Assembly: GCF_009914755.1 (NCBI RefSeq)
Contig: NC_060926.1
Origin: the human T2T-CHM13v2.0 reference genome, Homo sapiens
Strand: one strand, 5' to 3'
Length of the DNA stretch: 64,000 nt
Under the pieces are notes generated by a model that worked only from the letters and a program-made list of their open reading frames with translations, searched no databases and had not been told where the DNA came from. This document shows, in pieces, positions 53,006 to 64,000 of this stretch (its first letter is position 1; the number at the start of each line of letters is the position of its first letter). The translations under genes were made by a program, and so were the position numbers.

Positions 53006-56000
53006 TTTTTAAAATTCTATTTAAAAATGTGTAGATTTGCTACATGGGTATATTGCATAATGCTGGGGTTTGGGCTTCTACTGAACCCATCACCCAAATG
53101 CTGAACATAAGACTTAATATATAGCTCTTCAACTCTTGCCTCTCTCCCAATATCACCCTTTTTGGGGTCCCCAGTGTCTACTATTTCCATTTCATGTCCA
53201 TGTATTTCTATTATTTAGCCCTCACTTATAAGTGAGACATGCGAATTGGATTTAATGTTTCTGAGATTTTTCTCTCACCATGATGGCCTTCAACTCCATT
53301 TATGTTGCTGTGAAATACATGATTTTCTTCTTTTTTATGGCTTTATAGCATGCCATGGTGTATATGCAACACATATTCTTTATCCAATCCACTTTTGATG
53401 GACACTTAGGTTGATGCCATGACTATTTTTAGTCCTTTCAGAAGTCACCATACTATTTTCCAAAGGTGCTAAACTAATTTATATTCCAATCAACAGTCTG
53501 TAAGTGTTCTCTTTTCTCCACATGCTCACTAAAATCTGTTATTTTTGACTGTTAAATATGTTATTCTGACTGGTTTGAGGTAGAATATCATTGTGATTTT
53601 AATTTGCATTTCTAAGATGATTTAGTAACGAGCATTTTTTTTAAGTTTGTTGGCTGCTTCTATATATTTTGAGAAGTGTGTGTGTTGATGTCTTATGTGC
53701 ACTTTTTAATGGAGTTATGTATTTTTCTTGTTGATTTGTTCAAGTTCTTTATGGACTCTGGATATTAGTTCTTTGTCACATTCATAGATTGCAAATATTT
53801 TCTCCCATTCTATAGATTACCTGTTAACTCTTGTTTATTCCTTTTACTCTACAGAAGTTCTTTAGTTTAATTTAGTCACATTTATCTGTTTTTGTTTTTG
53901 TTGCATTTGCTTTTAAGGTCTTCCTCATAAATTATTTGCCAAGGCTAATTTCCAGAAGAGTTTTTCCTAGGTTTTCATCTAGTAGTTTTATAGCTTCAGG
54001 CCTTACATTTAAGTCTTTAATTGATTTGGGGTTGATTTTCGTATGTAATGAGAGGTAGAGGTCCAGTTTCATTCTTTTGCATATGGCTAGCCAGTTTTAC
54101 CAGCAACATTTATTGAATAGGGTAGCTTTTCCTCAATGTTTATTTTTGTCAACTTTGTCAAAGATTAGGTGATTTTAGGTGTGTGACTTTATTTTGGGTT
54201 CTCTATTCTAATCAATTTATCTGCAGATTAATTTTTCTGCCAGTATCATGATGTTTTTGATATTATAGCCCTGTATTATAGTTTGAAATTGGGTAATGTA
54301 ATGCCTCCAGCTTTGTTGTTTTTGCTTAGTGTTGTTTGGGCTCTTCATGCTCTTTGTTACTTCCAAATAATTTTAGAATCTTTTTTTCTAATTCTGTGAA
54401 AAATGATCTTGGTAATTTAATAGGAATTTTCTTGCATCTGTAGATTTCTTTGGGCAATATAATCATTTTAACAATATTGATTTTTCCTATCGAGGTACAT
54501 GAAATTTTTTTCCGTATGTTTATGTCATCTACTATTTCTTTCGACAGTATCTGCAGTTTTCCTTGTAGAGATCTTTCACTTCCTTGGTTAGATGTAGTCC
54601 TAAGTGTTTTATTATCTTTGTGGCAATTATAAATGGGATTGGGTTCCTGATTTGATTTTCCACTTGAATGTGGTTGATGTATAAAAATCCAACTGATTTT
54701 CATGCATTAATTTTGTATCCTGAAACTTTGTAGAGTCATTTATCCCGTCCAGGAGTCTTTTGGAGGAATCTTTATGATTTTCTGGGTATAGGATCATGTC
54801 ATCAGTAAACAAAGGTAACTAGACCTCCTAATTTCCTATTTGGATGTCTTTTATTTATTTTGCTTGCCTGATTGCTCTGGCTAACACTTCCAGTACTATG
54901 GTGAAAAGAAGTGGTGAGATTAGGTGTCCTTCTCTTATTCCAGTTCTTAGGGGGAGTGCTTTCAACTTTTCCCCATTCAATATGATGTTGCTTGTAGGTT
55001 TGTCATAGTTGGCTTTTATTATTTTGAAGTATTGTCTTTCAATGCCCTAGTTGTTGAGAAATTTTACTATGAAGGGATTTGGGATATTATTGAATTTTTT
55101 TTCTGCATCTATTGAAATGGTCATATGGCTTTTGTTTTTAATTATGTTTACATGGTGAATCACGTTTATTGATTTGTACATGTTAAACCATCCTTGAATT
55201 CCTGGAATAAAACTCCTCACTTGATCTTGATGAATTATCTTTTTGATGTGTTGCTGGATTCGGTTTGCCTGTATTTTGTTGAATATTTTTGCATTTACGT
55301 TCATCAGGAATATTTTTGTGTGTGTGCTACCCAGATTTTGGTATCAGGGTAATACTGGTTTTATAGAATGAGTTAAGGAGGAATCCTTCCTACTCTATTT
55401 TTTCAAGTAGTCTCAGTAAAATTGGTATCCGCTTTTCTTTGTATGTCTACTAGAATTTGACTGAATCCATCTGGTCCTGAGCTTTTTCTGGGTAGTATAT
55501 TTTTAAATAACTGATTGAATTTCATAAACTATTACTGGTCTGTTTAGGATTTCTATTTCTTCCTGGTTCAAACTTGGGAGGTTGTATGTTTCCAGATATT
55601 TATCCATTTCCTCTAGGTTTTTTAGTTTGTACACATAGAGTTGCACATAGTTGTCTCTGAGGATCTTTTGTATTTTTGTGGTATAAGTGGTAATGCTGCA
55701 TATATAATTTATGATTTTTTCTTATTTGAATGGTATCTCTTTTTTCTCTTGATTAATCTAGCTAATGGTCTATCAATTTGTTTATCCTTTCAAAAAATCA
55801 ACTTTCTGTTTCATTAATCCTTTGTATTTTTTTTGTTGTTGTTAATCTCAATTTCATTTAGTTTTCCTCTGTTCTTTGTTATTTCCTTTCCTCTGCTACT
55901 TTTGGGTTTTGTCTGTTTTAGTTTTTCTAGTTACTTTAGGACAGGATTAGCTTGTAAATTTAAGATCTTTCTATTGTTTTGATGTAGGCATTTAGTAACA

Positions 56001-58035
56001 TAAAATTTCAACTTAACACTCCCTTTGCTGCACCACAAAGGTTTTGGTATGTTTTATCTCCATTTTAATTCATTTCAAGAAATATTTTGATTCCTTCCTT
56101 ATTTGCTGTTTATCCAAAATCATTGAGGAACAAGTTGTGCAGTGTCCATGTACTTGTGTGTGTTTTTTAGAGTTTCTCTTGGTATTGATTTCTAATTTTA
56201 TTACACTGTAGTCTGAACAGATGCTTGATATAATTTTATTTTTTTGAATTTATTGAGACTTGCTTTACAACCAAGCATATGATTAATTTTAGAGAATATT
56301 CCATGTCCAAATGAGAAAATTGTATATTCTGTGATTGTTGGGTGAAATATTTTGTACATGTCTATTAGATCCATTTGGTTAAGAGTCCAATTTAAGTTTA
56401 GAATTTCTTTGTTACTTTTCTGCCTCAATGATCAGCCTAGTGCTGTCAATGGTGTTTTGAAGTCCTCCAATATCATTACATGGCTATTTATCTCTTTTCT
56501 GATGTTTAGAAGTATTTGTTTTACAAACGCGGGTGCTCCAGTGATGGATGTGCATATATTTAGGATAGTTAAATCTTCTTTTTGAATTAAAACTTCATTA
56601 TTTTTACCGTTTTAAAACGTTGTTGATTCAATGTTTGTTTCATCTGATACAAGAATAGCAACCCCTGATCTTTTTTGTGTTTCATTTTCGTGATAGATCT
56701 TTCTCCACCACTTTACTTTGAGTCTATGTGTGTCATTAATTGTAAGATGGGTCTCTTGAATGCAGCAGATGGTTGAGTCTTGTTCTTTATCCAATTTGCC
56801 AATCTAAGTCTTTCAATTGAAGCATTTAGGCCATTTATTTTCAAAGTTAATATTGATATGTGAGGTTTTGTGCCTGTCATAGTGTTGTTAGCTAGTTGCT
56901 TTGTAATTTTAATTGTGTAATTGCTATATAGGATCTATAAACTTTTCACTTATGTGTGTTTCTGTAAACTCTTTCATTTCCATGTTAGAACTTCTTTGAG
57001 CATTTCTTGTAGATCTATTCTGGTGATGACAAATTCTCTTACAATTTACTTGTCTGGAAAGACTATTTCTCTTTTACATGAAGCTTACTTTAGCAGGATA
57101 TAAAATTATTGGCCAGCATTTTTGTTCTTTCTTTAGGAAAGCTAAAAATAGGCCACTAATGTCCTCTGACTTGTAAGATTCTGCTGAGAAGTAAGCTGTT
57201 AGTCTAGTGGGACTTTTTAATAGATAACATGGCCCTTTTCGCTAGCTTCCTTTAAGACTCTTTCTTTCATTTTGACTGGACAGTCTGATGAGTATTTGCA
57301 TTGATGATGGTCATCTAGTGTAGTATCTTGCAGATATTCTTTGAATTTCTTGTGGCTGCATGTCAACCTGTCTAGCAAAATAAAATTTCTCTTGAATGAT
57401 TTTCTTAAGAATGTTTGCCAAGTGGCTTACTTTTTCTTCTCTCTCAGGAATGCCACTAAGTCATAGGTTTGGTTGCCTTCACATAATCCCATGTTTCTGG
57501 AAGGCTTGGTTTGTTTTTAAATTCTTTTTTCATTATTTTTGTCTGATGGGTTAATTCCAAAGACAGGTCTTCAAAGTCTGAAATTATTTCTTCTGCTTCT
57601 TCTAGTCTACTTTTAACTTTCAACTGTATTTTAAAATTCCTTTAGTAAATTTTTCAATTCAAGAAATTTTATTTCTTCTTATATGTTTTTTTAAAATAAC
57701 TATCTCATCTTTCATATCCTTGATTTTTTTTTTTTGTTTCCTTGTGTTGATTTTTCACTTTCTCTTAGATCTCACTGAGTTTCCTTACAATCCATACTTT
57801 GAATTCTTTATCTGTCATTTCAGACTTTTCATTTTGGTTAGGATCTATTGCTAAAGAGTTAGTGTGATCCCTTAGTGGTGTTGAGACATTCTGTCCCTTT
57901 GTACTGCTGGAGTTTTTCTACTGATTCCTTCTCACCTGAGAAAGCTGTCACTTCCTATTTTTGAATTTACTATCACTTGGATGGAACTTTTTTTTATTCT
58001 TTTTTCCTTGAATATATTACTGTGATACATATTGT
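53006..58035 (-). mobile_element. L1PA16/17-like element, ~5 kb (3' UTR, ORF2, ORF1 remnants)
   Basis: 3' UTR GGTTTGGGCTTCTA...TTTTGGGGTCCCCAGTGTCTA; RT remnants ([17 protein letters not shown]); EN remnant (ICCIQETHL). Confidence 0.9.
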
Positions 58036-58905
58036 GTATCATCTTATTCCAGTTAGAATGGCTCTTATTAAAAATAAAAAATAGATGCTTGTGAAGATGT
58101 GGAGTAAAGGGAACTCTTATACATTGTTGACAGGAATGTAAATTAGTGCAGCAAACAGTATGGAGATTTTTCAAAAAAAACAAAAAATAGAACTACCATG
58201 AGATCAAGCAATCCCACTAGTGGGTATTTAGCCAAGGAAAAGAAAAACAGTACATCAAAGTGATACTGACGCTTCCATTTTACTGCAGTATTATTGACAA
58301 TAGCAAAGATAGGGAATAAACCCACATGTCCATCAATAAATGAATGGATAAAGAAATTGTGGTATATATACACAATAGAATACTCTTCAGCCATAAAAAA
58401 GAATGAAATCCTGTCATTTGCAGCTACGTAAATGGAGCTGGAAGTCATTATGTTAAATGAGATAAGCCAATCATAAAAAGACAAATAGTGAATATTTTCA
58501 CTTACATATGAAAATTTAAAAAGTTGATCTTATAGAGGTACAGAGTAGATTGATAGTAACCAGAGGCTAAGAAGGGTGTTTGTAATGTGGGGAACAGGTA
58601 TTGGAAGGAGATAAAGAGTGATTTGTTAATGGGTACAAATATACAGTTAGATAAAAGGAATAAGTTCTTAAATTTAATAGCAGAGTAGGGTAACTAGAGT
58701 TAACAACAATGTATTGTATATTTAAAAATGGATAGAAGAGGGGACTTGAAATGTTCCCAACACATACAAATAATAAGTGCTCAAGGTGATAGATGCCCTA
58801 AATATCCTGACTTGATCACTACACATTCTACACACGTAACAAAATACCACACGTACTCCATAAAATATACAAATATTATGTATTAATACACAATTTAAAA
58901 ACAAA
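58036..58905 (+). mobile_element. L1MA6-like 3' end, probably the end of the 46540 host L1
   Basis: TATCATCTTATTCCAGTTAGAATGGC...AGCAGAGTAGGGTAACT...GGACTTGAAATGTTCCCAACAC, A tail. Confidence 0.85.
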
Positions 58906-59367
58906 AACCAAAAGGACTAAATGTAATTTGTGTATATGATTACTTACATCAAAGATGTCCAAAAGTCAATGCTAAAGTTAAAATAAACTTCAGAGTTCCA
59001 AACTCAATAGGTTCAGGCTTTAAACGTATCGTCCTGTGTTACTGTAAGACACAGGACTAATGGATAAAATATAAGACAACCATACATTTTTAAAGAGCTC
59101 TATTTCAAAAAGAGATAAACAGTTCTATAGGCCAGAGATCAAATAGCAACAAATCAAAAGCTAGAGGTCTTGGTCCGACAGTTGCCAAGTCTGGAGTCTG
59201 GCAGACCTGGCTAGGGTCCTAATAGTTACCCTATTAGAAACTATAATGGATGCCTTACAAGGATAAGAATCAAAAGCTCAACTTATCATTTAAAACTGAT
59301 GACTGAGTGACTGGGTGGAGTTTTCATCCCCTATAAAGTACTTTTAAAATAAAAAAAATCTATTATT

Positions 59368-59670
59368 ATTATATTAGTGTGTGTGAGAAAGACAGGGCCT
59401 CACTCTGTTGCCCCCACTAGAGTACAACGGCACGATCTCTCCTCACTGCAACCTCTTCCTCCCAGGCTCAAGCAGTCCTCCCATTTTGGTCTCCCTAGCA
59501 GCTGAGACTACAGGCTTGGGCCAGCATGCCTAGCTAATTTTTGTATATTTTGTAGAGATGAAGTTTCACCATGTTGCCCAGGGTGTTCTCTAACTCCTGG
59601 GCTAGAGCAATCCGCCGCCCTCGGCTTCCCAAAGTGCTGGTATGGCAGGCTTGGGACACCGCACCCAGCC
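59368..59670 (-). mobile_element. AluJ
   Basis: Diverged dimer; TSD AAAAA(T/C)CTATTATT. Confidence 0.92.
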
Positions 59671-61527
59671 AAAAACCTATTATTTCTTATTACTCCAAAA
59701 ACTTAATATCTTTCGGAATAGAAAATTCAAAAATGACTGAAAATATTTAGCTCTAATATGTAAAGAGCTTAAGATGTCATCACTCCCTTTCTTACAAGAG
59801 AAAGCTGAATAAAACAGAAAATCAATTACTCCTCTTCTATCCATCAGAAAATTGAGGTCTCAAAGCAAACTTCCAGTCTGAAATTTGCAGAGAAAGATAA
59901 ATCCAGACAGTCACAGCGACCAACCTCTGATAATCTGGAGCAGAAGCTGCTAGAGCTATAAACTGGTACAAATATGTAAATGGTAATTTTGAAGAATTCC
60001 TGATGGTTGAGTGCGGACTCATGTGAGAGTGAGAAACTCTGGGAAGGCCAGGCAGGCTAAGGGGTCCCCCACACTTTCATGGGCCTTACCTCCATGAAAC
60101 TTACCCAGTTCTTGTGATTAAGAGCCTAGACAGATCTATTGCTTCTGTCAGAGGGAAGAAAGTATTAGTAATTCTAAAATGCACCCAAAGTATTCTCCAC
60201 CATGAAAACCTACCAGAGCCATAGCCGACCTCTGGGAAAAGTATTTAGGGCACTCTAATTCCTTCTACTCTTCCTGTCTTACCTAAGAGGGAAAGCTAAG
60301 AAAGACTATAAAGGACCAGCCAGGGTCACAGGTCCACTAAAAGATTGAGATTTCATAATAAGGTTATAGAATGTCCTCCACACTTTCCTACCATATCAAT
60401 AGGACTTGAGTATGATAATAGTGGATCATAGTGAATGAGCTGCAAAATGCAGATTCTTAGAAGGAGTACATAGCAAATCCCAATGTCAAGAAAGGAGACA
60501 AAAAACAAGAACACTAGAGTAATTTGAACCTCTAGTACCAGCTGCAAGAACAAACATTAAACACAGCCCAGTTCCCGGCCAGATTAACATAAATTCTCTC
60601 ACTGAAGTCCTATATATCAGTTCCTATTACTCAATTCATCAAGTTTGGCTTTCAACAAAAAAATTGCCAAGCATGTAAAAAGGCAATGTGCACACATGTA
60701 CATGCATGCACTGCACACACATTTACATACACTGTATAAAGGAGCAAAGTAAGCATGTGAACAAGAACCAGATATGACGCAGATTTAGGAATGATCAGAC
60801 GTGAAATCTAAAATAACTATGATTAATATAAGAGTTTTAATGGAAAAATTAGATAACATGCAAAAACAGATTGCTAATGTAAGAAGAGAGATGGAAACTC
60901 CAGGGACGATTAAAAATAAATCCACACCCAAATATTTCTGAGTGAAACTTCAGAACCTCAAAGATAAAAAGAAAATCCTAAAAGGCATCAGAGAGAAAAG
61001 TCATCTTAACTGTAATGAAAAGACAATTAAAGTGACAGCAGACCTTAGCCACACTAAATGCCAGAACACACGGGCATCTAAAGGTAGCAACCTGAAGAAA
61101 AATAGTTACCAATCTGAAATTTCATATCCAACCAAAATTGTATTCTTGATTTGGGGTTAAATAAGAACTGACTGATACATACAAATACAAAAGTAAGTTT
61201 TCCACCACAGACTTCCACAGTATTAGACCACAAAATAAATTCTTAATACACTTCAAATAATTGCTATCATATGGCATACGATCTCTGTCCATAACATATA
61301 TAAATTAGAAACATTAGAACCCAAAGCTACATATATAAAAAAAGGAAATACTCCTAAATAACAAATAGATTTAAGAAGAAAACACAATGAAAATTATAAA
61401 ATATTTAGAACTCAATGACAACAAATAAACTATACATCAGCCCTTGTGGAATGTAGTACAAGTGGAACTAGAGATCCACTATAGTATTAAAAACACTTTT
61501 TAAAAAAGGATGATTAAAAATAAATAA

Positions 61528-61803
61528 GCTGGGTGCGGTGGCTCATGCCTGTAATCCCAGCACTTTGGGAGGCTGAGGTGGGTGCATCACTTGAGGTCAG
61601 GAGTTTGAGACCAGCCTGGACAACATGATGAAACCCCATCTCAACAAAAAAAATACAAAAATTAGCTGGGTGTTGTGGCACGTGCCTTTAAGAAATCTTT
61701 TGAACCCAAAAGGCAGAGGTTGCAGCGAGCTGAGATAGCGCCATTGCACTCCAGCCTGGGTGACAGAATGAGAACACATCTCAAAAAGAAAAGAAAAAAA
61801 GGA
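61528..61803 (+). mobile_element. AluSz-like SINE with a ~30-bp right-arm deletion
   Basis: CACTTGAGGTCAGG; GTGCCT joins almost directly to GAAATC...TGAACC; TSD AAAATAAAT(A/G)AG. Confidence 0.92.
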
Positions 61804-62284
61804 GAAAATAAATGAGTTAAGTATTTACCTCAAGAAGGTAGAAAAAGAAAAATACTACAAATTAAAAGAATGAGGAAAATAAATCATATAAAGGATGAAT
61901 TGATAGAATTTTAAAAACAAAATTAATCCACAAATTTGGAGCTGATTCTTTGAAAATAGTCACAAAATAGATTATGCTGAAGTATGGCTGATCAAAGAAT
62001 GTAAAAGAAAGAGAGAGAGAAGCTGAGAGAGAACACAAGTCAGAGATGAAAAATTCAGGATATGACTACATATAAGAGATTTCAAAAGTCTCATGAAATT
62101 ACTACGAACAACATTTGCCAATAATTTTACAAGTTAGAGAAATGGCAATATTATGGAAAAGTATACATTACCAGAATTGACTTACTTAAGAAGAAGAAAA
62201 AGTAAACTTTAATCATTTATGAAAACAATAATTATTAATGAAATTAAATGAGTGGTAAAAAAAACTTTCATCCCTTCTCTTTCC

Positions 62285-62750
62285 CCCTATTTATTGAGGC
62301 CCTACTATGTGTCAGACACTATGCTAGGCACTTGGGCTGATCAGTAAATGAAACGAAACAATAACAAAAATACTATATTTAAAGAGTTGAAATTCTAGTA
62401 AGGGGAGACAACAATAAACTATTAAAAATAAGTTAATTATATAGAACATGGTAAGGGGTAGGGGTGAGTGGAGTGAGGTGGATATGAGTTCATAGTCTGA
62501 CTGAGGTTTTAAATTGGAAGTCAGAGTACGCCCATCTATGCAGGGAGTTTCAGGAGGGAGGAAAATCACTCTGCTGATATCAGAGAAAGAGCACTACAAA
62601 CAGAGGAAAGAGCTAGATCAGAATGGCAATGCAGGCAGTTGCCTCACATGCTCCCAGTACAGCAAAAGGACCAGTAACACTGGATCAGAGGGAATAGAAG
62701 GGCAAGGAGGAGTAGAAGATGAGGTCAGATTGGTAAAAGAATTTTACTTG
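62285..62750 (-). mobile_element. L2 LINE 3' fragment
   Basis: TATTTATTGAGGCCCTACTATGTGTCAGACACTATGCTAGGCACT. Confidence 0.85.
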
Positions 62751-63089
62751 TAAATTTTCTGTAAACTGAAATGAAAAGATAATTCTTCACACCAGTTTCA
62801 AAGAACAGATAAAAAAGGTTAAAAATCCAACCTTTTTATGAGACTGATTCAATCTTGACATGAAAATTAGATAAGTAGAGAACTAGATAATTATAGACCA
62901 ATCATACTTATGAACATAGATAAAAAAAATTCTAATACAATATTGGGAAATCAAACGTAGCAGTGTGTCTAGATTTAATCTTGCCCAAGAAAAGATTTTC
63001 TTAAGAATGTAAGGCTGGTGTAACATCAGAAAAATTTAACAATGCAATATATTAATAAATTAAAGAATAAAAATATAATCACCTTAGCA

Positions 63090-63845
63090 GACTATCCATG
63101 TTAGTTACAATGGAAGTTGTACATGTACTAAACAATGTCACTTCCCCTTGCTATGGCTAGAATGGCTACTGCCCAGCTGAGTAACCCCATTTGTAAAGCA
63201 GCAGTAATGAACATTTCCCCAGCTGCTGGGAGAGTCAGCTGCTGTTGGCTCACAGCTAACAATCTTTCTGGGAATTTCTCCCACCCAAAGGAGCTGCTTT
63301 GCCTGAGTTTATACATTTTTCCCAGTGTATCCTGCAATTAGTGACAGGTTGAGGCAGGGGTATAGGTTGAGTCCCAGCCCTCATCTCAGTGAAAGGTCAT
63401 CTTAGCTCCAGAGCTCTCTGAAGAATAGGCTGAGTGCTCTATTGCAACTTCATTGCAACTGACTTTCTCTTTATGCTTAACCCTCCTTCTGCACTCCCTT
63501 GCAAATTTTCTGGAGAACATGTTCCAAGAAACCTTCTTCATACAAAGCTGACTCAAAGCTGGTTTCCTAGGAGGCTTGACCAAAGAAAAGTGCCCATCTT
63601 TTCTTGCCTTATCAGTACTCCATATTATGATGCATCTAACAAAGGACCTCATTTCATAAAAGATAAAGCAAGGTACAAAAGAGAAAGCATGATATTCACA
63701 GGCCATACCATATGTCCATCACATACTAGTAAGTGGCTTTAAGGAACAGTGGAATAGCCAATTGAACACTCAGTTACATCACAAGCTAAAAGACACCAAC
63801 TTGTGAAACAGATCCTCTCTCCTGAAAGATGTTTTATATGATGTT
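63090..63845 (+). mobile_element. ERVL internal (pol/integrase) remnant
   Basis: Degenerate match to ERVL integrase (ASDQGTHF...GIHWSYHVPHH...WNGLLK...QLG): GCATCTAACAAAGGACCTCATTTC, CAGTGGAATAGCCAATTGAA. Confidence 0.65.
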
Positions 63846-63874
63846 ATTTCTCTCATGGCTTGAATATAGGATTG

Positions 63875-64000
63875 TGTATTAGTTTGTTTCAATGCTGCAG
63901 ATAAAGGCATGCCTGAGACTGGGAAGAAAAAGAGGTTTAATTGGACTTACAGTTCCACTTGGCTTGGGAGGCCTCAGAATCATGGCAGGGGGCAAAAGGC
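63875..64000 (-). mobile_element. THE1B-like LTR, running off the window end
   Basis: TGTATTAGT...GAGACTGGGAAGAAAAAGAGGTTTAATTGGACTTACAGTTCCAC. Confidence 0.9.

Larger units (their letters stand above)
59740..63090 (+). mobile_element. Old L1 (L1MD/L1ME-type) 5' region and ORF1/ORF2 fragments, interrupted by Alu and L2; possibly more than one copy
   Basis: AAAGCTGAATAAAACAGAAAATCAATTACTC 5' motif; ORF1-like 60942..61160 (KLQNLKDKKKILK); ORF2 ATTATAGACCAATCATACTTATGAAC. Confidence 0.75.

Noticed and set aside
54326-56794. RT- and endonuclease-like ORFs as an active retroelement or RT system
   Set aside because: Fragmented L1 ORF2 with many stops and frameshifts; a dead copy.

Overview
Primate (human or great-ape-like) genomic DNA: AT-rich, CpG-poor and mostly transposon-derived (Alu J/S/Y, L1 from L1ME to L1PA2/3, L2, MIR, Tigger/MER DNA transposons, MaLR/ERV1/ERVL LTRs, microsatellites). 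I recognise no protein-coding gene, RNA gene, CpG island or CRISPR-like array; the longer ORFs in the track are repeat-derived or chance. It looks intergenic or deep intronic. Subfamily names come from recalled consensus sequences, not a database run, and boundaries of old elements are approximate. The most interesting structure is: (1) an ancient L1 broken by two adjacent inversions, with a ~105-bp inverted duplication at the breakpoints (23770-23873 / 26468-26573); (2) a TSD-flanked L1PA 3' transduction carrying Alu and unique donor DNA (25227-26048); (3) a MER41B LTR with both STAT1 GAS sites intact; (4) a tail-less, TSD-less internal L1PA ORF2 fragment inserted in an old L1; (5) an AluSp with a tandemly duplicated DR2/B-box unit; (6) a speculative minus-strand spliced transcript that a THE1C or MER54-type LTR could drive. 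None of this is demonstrated to be a new biological system.
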